Shown piece by piece: positions 17,927 through 27,932 of a stretch of DNA of 64,000 nt. The stretch spans positions 496,245 to 560,244 of the forward strand of contig JAHCIT010000001.1 in the NCBI GenBank assembly GCA_026129095.1. The letters are read 5' to 3'. How positions within the stretch are numbered: the first letter of the stretch is position 1; the number at the start of each line of letters is the position of its first letter. Position numbers and translations under genes: made by a program. Under the pieces are notes generated by a model. That model ran no database searches. It worked only from the letters and a program-made list of their open reading frames with translations, and had not been told where the DNA came from. This stretch comes from Deltaproteobacteria bacterium. Its GTDB lineage: Bacteria; JAGRBM01; JAHCIT01.

Positions 17927-19317
17927 CTCTGGTGGCCCTCAAGTCTTTGCCATCGGTCCGTCTTCACTGGCCTGCAAGAGGAGCAAAGGTACGATGGAAC
18001 CCAGCCACGGGCCGGAACGAACCAGCCAACGCCAGTGATAAAAAAGCCTGTGGTTCCTGGCTGAAAGAACAGCGCTCCTTCGGCGACGGGAGTGAAAATC
18101 TCCTCATACACGGCGAAAATGCCGAGATAATGGAAGTGCTTACGGCAACTTATGCCGGACGGGTAAAGCTCATCTATTCCGACCCTCCTTTTAATACAGG
18201 CCGGACTGATTTTGCTGCCTATGACGATGCACTCGATACCAGTGTCTGGCTCTCAATGATGGAAGAACGGCTTCGACTGGCCTGTGACCTCCTGCGCCCA
18301 GACGGGACCATTGCCATCCATATCGGCACGGGGCAGGCCGGAAATCTCCGCGCGTTGATGGACGAGATTTTTGGTGCGGAGAATTTTCTTAACCAGATAT
18401 GTGTCGCTGCAACTCCACCATCAGGTTTCAGGATCACAGGTGCAGCACTGCTCACAAGCGCCAATTACATCCTGCTTTATGCAAAAGACCGGACACAAAG
18501 ACCACTCACACGGCTTTATCGGGAACGGAACTATGACTTCCAGTACCGTTACTTTCTGGAAAACCGCGAAGACTCATCCGAACATTGGCACTGGCGACCG
18601 GTCCAGGAGGTAGTTGCCGAAAAACTGGGTTTTCGCTCCCCCGCAGAGGCCCGGCGACGAGTGGGAGCGGACGCTTTCAAGCTTGAGCTGGCAAAACTCG
18701 CTACACGCGATGCGGACCGGGTATTCCGGTTGGCCGTAATCCGGGGTGGTGCCCGCCAGAAGCGGCTCACTACCATCACTAGATCGCTCAAATACCCCGG
18801 CCGGGTATTTATTCATCCTGGCGAGAACCTCCGCGATTTTTACATCCTGAACGGAAACCAGATGCTCTTTTACGACCGGCGGCTCGCCAAGGTGAATGGA
18901 CAAACTGTTCCTGCCGAACCCCTGAGTGATATCTGGGCCGATATTCCCTGGACCGGCATCGCCAGCGAAGGTGGCGTCAGGCTTAAGGACGGCAAAAAGC
19001 CGGAAACCCTGTTGGCACGGGTGATCAACCTTGGCAGTTCACCGGGTGATCTGGTTCTCGACTTTTTCGGTGGCTCGGGCACAACCGCAGCCGTGGCACA
19101 CAAACTGGACCGCCAATGGATTTCTATTGAAGCGAGTCCGGATAATCACCGGCTCTCAAGGAAGCGGCTGCAGCGAGTTATCAACGGCACCGACACTAGT
19201 GGTATAGCCAAAACCATCAGATGGACTGGAGGAGGCGGGTTCCGGGAACTGGTGATGAAGGCAGGAAAACAGGCAGGACATTCCCGCCCAGCCCATGTTA
19301 TAAACATTACCCCATGA
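17923..19317 (+). CDS. Site-specific DNA methyltransferase, type III Mod-like (beta class)
   Basis: NLLIHGEN, KLIYSDPPFNTG, KKPETLL, LDFFGGSGTT, WTGGGGF; ATGA overlap with mutS2. Confidence 0.9.
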   Translation: MTLVALKSLPSVRLHWPARGAKVRWNPATGRNEPANASDKKACGSWLKEQRSFGDGSENLLIHGENAEIMEVLTATYAGRVKLIYSDPPFNTGRTDFAAYDDALDTSVWLSMMEERLRLACDLLRPDGTIAIHIGTGQAGNLRALMDEIFGAENFLNQICVAATPPSGFRITGAALLTSANYILLYAKDRTQRPLTRLYRERNYDFQYRYFLENREDSSEHWHWRPVQEVVAEKLGFRSPAEARRRVGADAFKLELAKLATRDADRVFRLAVIRGGARQKRLTTITRSLKYPGRVFIHPGENLRDFYILNGNQMLFYDRRLAKVNGQTVPAEPLSDIWADIPWTGIASEGGVRLKDGKKPETLLARVINLGSSPGDLVLDFFGGSGTTAAVAHKLDRQWISIEASPDNHRLSRKRLQRVINGTDTSGIAKTIRWTGGGGFRELVMKAGKQAGHSRPAHVINITP

Positions 19318-19889
19318 TCCTTTCCGACCGGGATATCCGGCGAGCGCTGTCATCTGGGCGCATTCGCATAGACCCTTCGCCGCCTGATTCAGCATACCAG
19401 ACATCGGCGGTTGATCTCGCCTTCGGCGGCGGTGTGCATGTCTGGAAGCCTGAAATTAAGGGGACACGCATTGCCATCGGACAGTTTGATTTCGCCCGGG
19501 TCGCCCGCAGTGGACTCAAGCGCCTGGCACCCGGACCAGACGGAGTATGGCGCCTCAAGCCCGGAATATTCTGTCTGGCCCTGACCCGTGAACGGATAGA
19601 AATCCCTTCCCGGTCACGTCTGGCGGCGAGGGTCGAGGGGCGAAGCTCGCTTGCCCGTCTGGGGCTTTCGGTGCACATGACTGCCCCCACTATCCACGCC
19701 GATACCCATGGCCAGATCACGCTAGAAATCCTGAACCACGGACCGTTTGAGCTGCTGCTCCGTGAAGGCGATCCAATCTGCCAGCTTGTTTTCGAGGAGC
19801 TTTCCGCTCCTCCGGAAACGGCCCAAAAGGAAACTTTCCGAGACCAGCGGAGTGTTAAAGGCCGGACCAGACGCAAACCCCGTTCTTGA
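19314..19889 (+). CDS. dcd: dCTP deaminase (dUTPase-like fold)
   Basis: MILSDRDI, SAVDL, EGRSSLARLGL, ITLEILN, ICQLVF; ATGA overlap with the methyltransferase. Confidence 0.88.
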   Translation: MILSDRDIRRALSSGRIRIDPSPPDSAYQTSAVDLAFGGGVHVWKPEIKGTRIAIGQFDFARVARSGLKRLAPGPDGVWRLKPGIFCLALTRERIEIPSRSRLAARVEGRSSLARLGLSVHMTAPTIHADTHGQITLEILNHGPFELLLREGDPICQLVFEELSAPPETAQKETFRDQRSVKGRTRRKPRS

Positions 19890-20019
19890 CTCTCTCCACG
19901 CCACCCCGCTAGACCGCGCCCGGCGGAAGCACCTCTCGTCAATCGGGAGCTTTCGTGGCGGTTTCGCCGTCTAGTTCGTCAGGTTCCCAATCTTCCCTGG
20001 AGGTCTCAAGTTTCAACCC

Positions 20020-20943
20020 ATGGCCAAGTGTGCAGTCACCGGTGGCAGCGGATTTATCGGTTCCCATGTAGTGGATGCCCTGAAAGAGGCCGGACACGAC
20101 GTCATTGTGATTGATCACCGTGTACGTCCCCACCGGACAGACGTGGGTTTCGAAGATGTGGACCTGCTTGATCTCTCCTCGATGATCTCGGCCACCAAAG
20201 GTTGCGAGCACATTTTCCATCTGGCAGCCGTGTCCAACGTGAATTATGCATTCAAGTATCCTGTCTACACGACCGCTCTGAATGTGCAGGGGACAGCCAA
20301 TGTGCTGGAGGCAGCCAGGATCCACAATGCGAAGCGGGTTTACCTGGCCAGTACCGTGTGGGTTTACGCAGGTTCCCAGGCTCCCCAACCGATCGTCGAG
20401 GACTCTCCGTTCTATCTCGCCGAAGCAGGACATATATATACTTCGACCAAGATGGCGGCCGAAATGCTCTGCCACAACTACCGGCAACTGTATAACCTCC
20501 AGACAACAATTTTTCGTTATGGCATTCCCTATGGCCCTCGGATGCGCGAGGAGTTGCTGATTCCGATCTTCCTCAAGAAAGCATTTAGTGGCGAAGCCCT
20601 CACAGTCGCCGGCAAAGGCGAACAGTTCCGGAATTTCCTCTATGTGACCGATATGGCGAAGGCGCATGTGTTGGCCATGAAGGATGAGGGAGCTGGACAG
20701 GTGTACAATCTTGAGGGCCCCGAGAAGATCACCGTCAAACAGGTAGCCGAGGCCGTCATCAAGGCGGTGGGCAAGCCTATCGATATTGTCCACACCCCCG
20801 AACGCCCCGGTGACTATGGCGGCAAGGAAGTCTCTCCAGCCAAGGCCCAGAAGGAACTGGGCTGGAAAACAACAGTAAATTTCGAAGAGGGTGTGCGCCA
20901 CACCGCTGAGTTTTTCCGGCAAAAGTGGGGCATTCAGAGCTGA
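20020..20943 (+). CDS. NAD-dependent epimerase/dehydratase
   Basis: TGGSGFIGSH, YTSTK, RYGIPYGP. Confidence 0.92.
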   Translation: MAKCAVTGGSGFIGSHVVDALKEAGHDVIVIDHRVRPHRTDVGFEDVDLLDLSSMISATKGCEHIFHLAAVSNVNYAFKYPVYTTALNVQGTANVLEAARIHNAKRVYLASTVWVYAGSQAPQPIVEDSPFYLAEAGHIYTSTKMAAEMLCHNYRQLYNLQTTIFRYGIPYGPRMREELLIPIFLKKAFSGEALTVAGKGEQFRNFLYVTDMAKAHVLAMKDEGAGQVYNLEGPEKITVKQVAEAVIKAVGKPIDIVHTPERPGDYGGKEVSPAKAQKELGWKTTVNFEEGVRHTAEFFRQKWGIQS

Positions 20944-21171
20944 TTCCGGCCATCCCTGATATGGCCTTCCCTGTTACAAAGCTTTACGGGGAGACGGCCG
21001 CTGGATGCTGGTTTCCCCTCCGTAACGGCTTATAAAATCAGTGTTCATCCGCGTTGCCCGTCCCCGGACCGGCGGTTACGATCGCGCCTTTGGAACCCAC
21101 TGGGTCATGCATGAGGGAGAGCGGACGGCCATCCGGTTTGACCGGAGAGGTACCGGGCAGGGTCATTTAAG

Positions 21172-22281
21172 ATGAAGGCCAGTATGTCTGAATTCTGCCA
21201 ACGGCCCCGCAGCCAACGAGGCTGGATCACTGTCCTGACAGTGGTGCTGTTGACGTGTGCCTTCAATACCGGTTGTTTCTGGATTCAGTCAGTTTCAACG
21301 GCCAACGAGCGGCATTCTACCGAAACCCGTGACGGCTGGAAGCTGGCTATGCACCGGTACAAGCCTGAACAGCTATCGGTCGAAAAAGAACCCGTGTTGC
21401 TGGTTCATGGTTTCGCTTCCAACCGGTTTACCTGGTCACTCTCCAGCGACCGGTCCTTTGCCACTTACCTTCTTGAAAAAGGCTACGACGTCTGGGTAGC
21501 GGAACTTCGCGGTTCTGGCGAAAGCGATGGTTCGGCAGTCTTTACCGACCGCAAGGCCGACTACAATTTTGACACATATATGAAGGTGGATCTGCCCGCC
21601 CTCATTACTTACATCCGTTATACCACCCAGCGCGATAACCTGACCTACATTGGGCACAGCCTGGGGGCGATGCTGGGCTATGCATACCTGAGTACCAATC
21701 CTGATGGCGGTGGCGTGAAGAATCTTGTCGCCCTCTCCGGGCCATCCAACTTCAAGGATCGCAACTCGGCGATTGATTTCATCATGAAGGTAAAAGGCCT
21801 GTTCATGGTGACTCCAAAGATATATGCCGAGCTGGCGGCCAAGGCTGCCGCCAACAATCTCGGCTGGACCGACACACGGTTCGATGCTCTCCTGTGGAAC
21901 AACGAGGCGATCAACCCGCGCGCTATTTCCATGGTGGCCTACAACTCGGTATCCAATTTCCCGACAACCCTGCTTGAACAGGCTTCCGACTGGGTGAGCA
22001 CCGGTGAATTCCGCTCAGCAGACAAGCTGCTCAATTATGAGGAACTCCTGCAGCAGATCGAGATTCCCTGTTTTGTGGGTACTGGAAAGGTGGACGCCAT
22101 CGCCACACCACGGGCAGTGAAAACCGCCTTCGACAAAATCGGATCGAAGGACAAGGAATTGCGCGTTTTTGGCACTGCCAACGGCTTCGCAGTTGATTAC
22201 GGGCATCTGGATCTTGTGATGGGCGACAAGGTTGCCCTTGAGGTCTTTCCAACTGTCTTCACCTGGCTGGAGAATCACTGA
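21172..22281 (+). CDS. Alpha/beta hydrolase, probable lipoprotein
   Basis: LVHGF, ELRGSG, GHSLG, DYGHLDL; NTGC lipobox-like. Confidence 0.88.
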   Translation: MKASMSEFCQRPRSQRGWITVLTVVLLTCAFNTGCFWIQSVSTANERHSTETRDGWKLAMHRYKPEQLSVEKEPVLLVHGFASNRFTWSLSSDRSFATYLLEKGYDVWVAELRGSGESDGSAVFTDRKADYNFDTYMKVDLPALITYIRYTTQRDNLTYIGHSLGAMLGYAYLSTNPDGGGVKNLVALSGPSNFKDRNSAIDFIMKVKGLFMVTPKIYAELAAKAAANNLGWTDTRFDALLWNNEAINPRAISMVAYNSVSNFPTTLLEQASDWVSTGEFRSADKLLNYEELLQQIEIPCFVGTGKVDAIATPRAVKTAFDKIGSKDKELRVFGTANGFAVDYGHLDLVMGDKVALEVFPTVFTWLENH

Positions 22282-22286
22282 TTATC

Positions 22287-23402
22287 ATGATCTCCTTTCG
22301 CCATCTCTTTGCCGTCATAGCTGTGATGATTGCCTGCACAGGCTGCCAGGGACGAGCATTCAATCCGAATCTCCGGCTCGAACGTTTTCTGCCCAATGTT
22401 TCCCGGCGCCCGGACGTGCTGTTTACCCAGACCACCGATGGCAAGATACTCGCGCTTGAGCGTATCCAGCCGAACCAGATCAATCCTGACATGCCTCCTC
22501 TCATCTTCATTCACTCCGAGGGGTTTAACCGGAATTTCTGGACCGTGGCCGGAGAGCGATCGATCATTCACTTTTTCTCTCGCTATGGCTTTGATATCTG
22601 GCTGCTGGATCTGCGTGGCCATGGCGATTCGACGAAGCCGGAATGGTATAACGACGAAGACTGGGACTGGACGTTCGACGACTACGTGCATAAGGACATT
22701 CCCGCTGCCATCAGCTTCGTGCAGGGCCAGACCCGCTCCCGGCAAGTGACTCTCGTAGGGCATGGCGTGGGAGCGATGGCGATCTACGGATACCTCGAAC
22801 TCGAAAACTTCTTTGATGAAGTGGCGAATGTCATCCTTTTTTCGCCGCCCGCCTTTCTGTCTGAATTCAACGAGTCGGTCTCGAAAGCCATTGGCCTGGC
22901 TCGCCAGCTTGGCAAGGATGACCCCCTGACATTGCAGTTCGCACTGGAAAAGCCTGAAAAGCTAGAGCTCTTCCATGAGATGTACATAGCCGGCTCCTTT
23001 ATCCGGACGCCCATCATACGGCGACTCGGACTCACGGCCGTCGACAATATTTCGCCGCGGGTGATCCAGCAGGTACTCAAGTGGGTGGAGAACGAGGATT
23101 TCCTCTCGTCTGATCTCCAGCTCAGCTATCGCGTGAAGCTGGGCCTTGTGCGTGTACCAACCTTGATTATCTCCGGTGCGAAAGACCGTGTCGCTCCAGT
23201 TGGAGCGGTGAACTACGGTTTTCGTTCGCTCACGGTCTCGGACCGGGCCTTGCTCGTGTTCGGCCGGGACTATGGCTATATCCATGATTACAGCCACTTG
23301 GGACTCCTGCTCGGTGACGGCGCTTACGATGAAGTATTTCCCGTCGTATTCGAGTGGATCGAAGCACGGACGCCGGGCGTCCAGGCATGGGGGCGGTTCT
23401 GA
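22287..23402 (+). CDS. Alpha/beta hydrolase-fold lipoprotein lacking the nucleophile Ser
   Basis: DLRGHG, GHGVG in place of GHSxG, DYSHLGL; CTGC lipobox-like. Confidence 0.85.
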   Translation: MISFRHLFAVIAVMIACTGCQGRAFNPNLRLERFLPNVSRRPDVLFTQTTDGKILALERIQPNQINPDMPPLIFIHSEGFNRNFWTVAGERSIIHFFSRYGFDIWLLDLRGHGDSTKPEWYNDEDWDWTFDDYVHKDIPAAISFVQGQTRSRQVTLVGHGVGAMAIYGYLELENFFDEVANVILFSPPAFLSEFNESVSKAIGLARQLGKDDPLTLQFALEKPEKLELFHEMYIAGSFIRTPIIRRLGLTAVDNISPRVIQQVLKWVENEDFLSSDLQLSYRVKLGLVRVPTLIISGAKDRVAPVGAVNYGFRSLTVSDRALLVFGRDYGYIHDYSHLGLLLGDGAYDEVFPVVFEWIEARTPGVQAWGRF

Positions 23403-24886
23403 TGAATACGCCTCGGCGGTATCTGGCACTTTTCTTTGCCGTAACTCTGATTGGCACTACGGCTGCCGAGGCACAGGAGTCATTGGGGTCTATTTCGGAT
23501 GATGCACCCACTGCCGAGGAAACCCATGAGTCCGGTGCGTCAGAAACTCCGCAGGAGACTGAAGCTGCCCCTTCCAATCCGGACGTCAAAGCACCCCCCG
23601 TCCCGGACCAGCGCTTCAAACCGGGCAAGGACGACTTCCCTTACGAGGCTCCTGATCCGGCCCTCAAGTATGCCGACGAGACATCGATCCCGATCACCGA
23701 GGCTGAGCGCCGGATAGGTGCCGGATCCCGCCGGTACGGCGAGGGCACCCTGCACCGGGTCAAGACCGACGATGGCTGGAAGATTGCGGTCCAGTATTAC
23801 GAAGCGTCCACCTACGAAAAACTGTATCCCGTCATTCTGGTTCACGGCGAAGGGATGAACCGTTACATTTTCGATTTCGGACGGAACCATTCGCTCGCAC
23901 GGTACCTGGCATCTCGGGGATATCCCACCTATGTCATTGAGCTCCGTGGCCATGGGTTGTCGTCAGTCGCTCTCGCGGCGCCATCAGCACGAACCACCTG
24001 GGTATTTGAGGATTACCTCAAGGACATTCAGGCAACGATAGATTTCGCCACCAAGCAGTTCGAAATCAACAAGGTGCTGTTGGTGGGACATTCAACCGGC
24101 GGCACGCTTGTATATGGAATCATGCAGAACGAACGGTATGCCCGGATGGTAGCCGGCGCGGTAACATTGGGTGCCCCCCTTCTCTACTACCATCCGAACG
24201 ATACGCTGACGTCTCTGTTCAACAACCGCGACAAGCTGTTCCAGAACCGGGATCTGGTGGAAGTTACCACTCGCTACGGCTATTACTTGCCTGCGCCATT
24301 CGCCAAAAACACCGAAACGCTGCTCGGAGTGCTATTCTTCAACGACTATTTCCTGAACAAGCATCGGCTGGAACGGTTCCTGGACCACGGCATCGAGAAC
24401 ATACGGGTCGATATCCTGCGCCAGATGTCGCTATGGCTTCAGGAAGAGAAGGTTTATGGCACTGAAGACACTACCGTTAAATACGTAGAAGACATGAATC
24501 TGATCAAGTCGCCGATCTGTTTCATGACCGGCTGGCGTGACAATTTCGTCGAACCTGAGACGGTTATCATGGCCTCCGAACTGGTCGAACCGGGCCTGCG
24601 GAAACTCATAAACTTTGGAAAGGTCAACGGACATAACGATAACTACGGGCACTTGGGGTACCTGCTGAATGACTACGCCCTGGAAGACGTGTATCCGGAA
24701 GTCGGGAAATGCCTGCACGAATGGACCGAACGTGCAGTGACCGAGGAGCTCGGCATTGTCCCTGAGCCGGTCCAGGAAGAGATTCCCGATGCAGAAAAGA
24801 AACCAGAAACTGCGCCTGAACAGCGTGAAGGTCAGGATCTGGTGCCAGAAGAGATCCCGTTCCGCGAGATTCTCCCCGGCTTCTGA
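23402..24886 (+). CDS. Exported alpha/beta hydrolase with acidic extensions
   Basis: Signal peptide, LVHGEG, ELRGHG, GHSTG, NYGHLGY; TGATG overlap with the previous gene. Confidence 0.87.
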   Translation: MNTPRRYLALFFAVTLIGTTAAEAQESLGSISDDAPTAEETHESGASETPQETEAAPSNPDVKAPPVPDQRFKPGKDDFPYEAPDPALKYADETSIPITEAERRIGAGSRRYGEGTLHRVKTDDGWKIAVQYYEASTYEKLYPVILVHGEGMNRYIFDFGRNHSLARYLASRGYPTYVIELRGHGLSSVALAAPSARTTWVFEDYLKDIQATIDFATKQFEINKVLLVGHSTGGTLVYGIMQNERYARMVAGAVTLGAPLLYYHPNDTLTSLFNNRDKLFQNRDLVEVTTRYGYYLPAPFAKNTETLLGVLFFNDYFLNKHRLERFLDHGIENIRVDILRQMSLWLQEEKVYGTEDTTVKYVEDMNLIKSPICFMTGWRDNFVEPETVIMASELVEPGLRKLINFGKVNGHNDNYGHLGYLLNDYALEDVYPEVGKCLHEWTERAVTEELGIVPEPVQEEIPDAEKKPETAPEQREGQDLVPEEIPFREILPGF

Positions 24887-24915
24887 TATCCTGCCATCAG
24901 TCCTCCTGTAAAAGC

Positions 24916-24951
24916 GACGCCCCGGATACTCGCCGAAGTATCCGGGGCGTC
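24916..24951. terminator. Strong hairpin, probable terminator
   Basis: Perfect 15-bp inverted repeat gacgccccggatact/agtatccggggcgtc with 6-nt loop, ~30 nt after the stop; weak U-tail. Confidence 0.65.
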
Positions 24952-25348
24952 TTACCAATTACGATCGAGGCAACACAGGCGGTGGCCTGATCTTGATGGC
25001 CAAGTCCAAAATAGGTTGTGAACGGTCACAGACCGGACAAGCCGCTGTCGCTGCTTGTGGGCAACCTGAGGAAGACCCCGGAAACCCATTCACCACCGCT
25101 CAAAAATTAGACCACCGCCGAAACCCCATTCAACCATTCCCGAGAATTTATACAGAAAGTTTCCCTAAAGGATATGATGCACAGGAATCACCTGTAATTT
25201 CAAATGGTTATGATGCTAAATGGGTTCGATCACTTGTCCCATACCCAAATGCTACCTGGAGGAACAGTTATCCTTCGAATTCGGAATAATATACTGATTT
25301 TATTGGTATTATTGGGATCAGATCAGAAATTTTCCGTGGGCAACCCAT

Positions 25349-26293
25349 TCAACTGAGCTCGACGGCTAAGTCAGCGGCTATCGGAGCCGGGGCATGCGAG
25401 GATTTGGCCGAGTGCTTTTCCCCAACCGATTCAGCACGAGCTATCTCGCCTTTCACGCCGACCTTGAGGACATTCGTCACTGCATTGTACCTAGGAAACA
25501 GTTCGCGCAGCACCTTCGATACTGACAGCAGGATATTGTACCCCCGGTTCTTCGCAATGTCGGGATTTTTCTGACCAAGCATCTCAAACCGCTTTTGCGC
25601 TTCGAGGAACCGTGAACCCTCGGGATCCATTACCGCTACTACACGAACAAAAAAGTTGCCGAAGAACAGCACAGCCCAAGTGAGCGAACCAAACAGGTTC
25701 AGATTCGACAGAAGCCGCGCCAGGTCAGCCGCACTGGGAGGTGCTGTCTCCTGCCTCCCAAACTCTTCCATCAAGTAAAAATCCATGGCTATATGCCGCG
25801 ACTCATCCTGGTTGATCTTCTCGATCACGGCGCGGGAAAGCGGGTCTTCAATATAATCATTCACTGCCCTGAGCAGCGCCACATCCAGCACCAGTTCTCC
25901 CAGCGTCACCATCGCTGAAGCAAAGGCAGGGTTAATCTCCTGGATGGTTCGTGTGATATAGCGGACCAGCATCGTGAGCCGCTCATCCGGCGTATAAATC
26001 CTGTAGTCATGGACATTAAAATAGTCGGCCAGCTTGGCCACTGCGACCGAATGCCGCACCTCATCAGCGTGGAAACTCTCATAGATCAGCTTTAACGTGG
26101 GATTGCTCACCTTTTTCGACAGTTCCAGGAATGTCAGGCCTGCTATCCGTTCCACGTAAATGAGATTGGTCAAGGCCTGGCAAACTTCGATCTCGTCAAA
26201 CTTCGAGAGGGCAATTGGTTGGCCTGTGTAATCGAAGTCATCGGCATCCCACTGCCCCTTCTGACAACGATCCAGCATTCGCTCTAGGTCCAT
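25349..26293 (-). CDS. Ferritin-like di-iron domain protein
   Basis: DEVRH and DESRH motifs with preceding Glu ligands. Confidence 0.8.
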   Translation of the reverse strand: MDLERMLDRCQKGQWDADDFDYTGQPIALSKFDEIEVCQALTNLIYVERIAGLTFLELSKKVSNPTLKLIYESFHADEVRHSVAVAKLADYFNVHDYRIYTPDERLTMLVRYITRTIQEINPAFASAMVTLGELVLDVALLRAVNDYIEDPLSRAVIEKINQDESRHIAMDFYLMEEFGRQETAPPSAADLARLLSNLNLFGSLTWAVLFFGNFFVRVVAVMDPEGSRFLEAQKRFEMLGQKNPDIAKNRGYNILLSVSKVLRELFPRYNAVTNVLKVGVKGEIARAESVGEKHSAKSSHAPAPIAADLAVELS

Positions 26294-26459
26294 CGGATAA
26301 GCACTCTCCCCGCACCAGGCTCGCGACTGACGCATGCGTCATTTCTATTTTCTTCTAGCCCCAATCCCCTTTGGGGGCAAGGTTCCGGTTGCTCCCTCAG
26401 CCACCAGACTTCAGAATAAGTGCCCTCCTTACCGACTTCGCCCCGAAAAGGACTTCATA

Positions 26460-27923
26460 ATGCGGAAACTGGTCTTCACCTTCTTCCTATATGGGTTTTT
26501 TATTCCTGGTGTATCCGTCATCCCGGCAAAGGCGGCCGATCTTGCCAGACTCGAACCATCAGTCGTCAAGATATTCACGACACGCCAGTTCTGGAACGTC
26601 AGTCAACCTTGGACAAAAATGCCGGCTACCGATTCCACCTGTACTGGGTTCTTCATCCGCGAGGGCATCCTGACCAACGGCCACTGCGTTGCTGCTGCCA
26701 CTTATATTGAAGTGGAAATTCCTGGCCATCCAGACCGCATCGAGGCCGAAGTAAAGGCCGTAAATCATCAGGTTGATCTCAGTCTCATACGGCTCAAGGG
26801 GGATGACCGGCCGTTTCGTCGCGCCCGGCCTATCACTTTTGGCTCACTACCCAATCACAGGCAGAAGGTAGTCACGGTGGGCTATCCGACCGGCGGTCGC
26901 CAGATATCCTACACCGAGGGCGTCGTGTCCCGTATAGACATTCTGCCATATGTGCACAGCAACCAGCCAAACCTGATTGTCCAGACGGACGCTGCGATCA
27001 ATCCTGGCAACTCCGGTGGTCCGGTTTTCTCTGACACTACAGGCGAATGTCTGGGAGTTGCCACCCAGAAGAATACTTCAGGTGAGGGGCTCGGCTATTT
27101 TGTCCCGGCTCTCGTCGTACAGCAGTTCCTCAAGGACGCCGATGATGGATCAATCGAGGGCACAACAAACCTCGGTATCCAGTTCCAGTCCCTCGAAAGC
27201 GATGCCCTTCGCGCCTATCTTAAGCTGAAATCCGGCCAGACCGGTGTCCGGGTGACGGGTATCGCCATCGGCTCCACTGCCGACGGCATACTTCAGAAGG
27301 ATGACGTCATTCTTTCCATCAGCGGCCAGAAGATATTCAACGATGGGCGGATTCCATTTCGTGACAATTCCAAGATCGGCCTTGCCTATCTCATGGCAGG
27401 CAAGGAGGTAGGTGAAGAACTGCCCGTGATGATCTCACGCAATGGCGAGGTGATGAACTTGAGTCTGAAGCTCAAACCGTACATTTCATCGGTAATTCCG
27501 GACCTGCCCAACTACGATACTCCGCCAGCTTGGGCTGTCGTCGGTGGCGTTGTCCTGATGGGCGTGGAAGGAATGTACCTCTACCGGTGGGGCGGTCCTA
27601 GCTCGGACCGGCTACCGCCCTCAATCCGGCCGTTTACGCAAAAACTGGTAGGTGAGGATGGAATCCATCAACTGGTCGTCATTGCCAAAATCTATAATGC
27701 TCCCGTAAACCGTGGATACGGCTCCGAAGTAGAGAATATCCGGGTAGCGAAGATAAACGGCCGCGATATCACGCGCATGAGGGACGCACAGGAGGCCTTG
27801 GCCGATATTCAGGGCCGTGACTGGCTGGAAATCGAGCTGGAGGGTGGTCAAAAAATCGTCCTCGACCTCGGGCAGATTGCCGCACAGGACGAGATGATTC
27901 GCGCCCGGTACAACATCAAGTAA
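26460..27923 (+). CDS. HtrA/DegP-family serine protease with PDZ domains (Deg2-like)
   Basis: LTNGHCV, VDLSL, DAAINPGNSGGP; signal peptide. Confidence 0.92.
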   Translation: MRKLVFTFFLYGFFIPGVSVIPAKAADLARLEPSVVKIFTTRQFWNVSQPWTKMPATDSTCTGFFIREGILTNGHCVAAATYIEVEIPGHPDRIEAEVKAVNHQVDLSLIRLKGDDRPFRRARPITFGSLPNHRQKVVTVGYPTGGRQISYTEGVVSRIDILPYVHSNQPNLIVQTDAAINPGNSGGPVFSDTTGECLGVATQKNTSGEGLGYFVPALVVQQFLKDADDGSIEGTTNLGIQFQSLESDALRAYLKLKSGQTGVRVTGIAIGSTADGILQKDDVILSISGQKIFNDGRIPFRDNSKIGLAYLMAGKEVGEELPVMISRNGEVMNLSLKLKPYISSVIPDLPNYDTPPAWAVVGGVVLMGVEGMYLYRWGGPSSDRLPPSIRPFTQKLVGEDGIHQLVVIAKIYNAPVNRGYGSEVENIRVAKINGRDITRMRDAQEALADIQGRDWLEIELEGGQKIVLDLGQIAAQDEMIRARYNIK

Positions 27924-27932
27924 GGTTCCCTG

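Noticed and set aside
25260-25320. dif site or replication origin
   Set aside because: No match to XerC/XerD arms and no DnaA-box cluster
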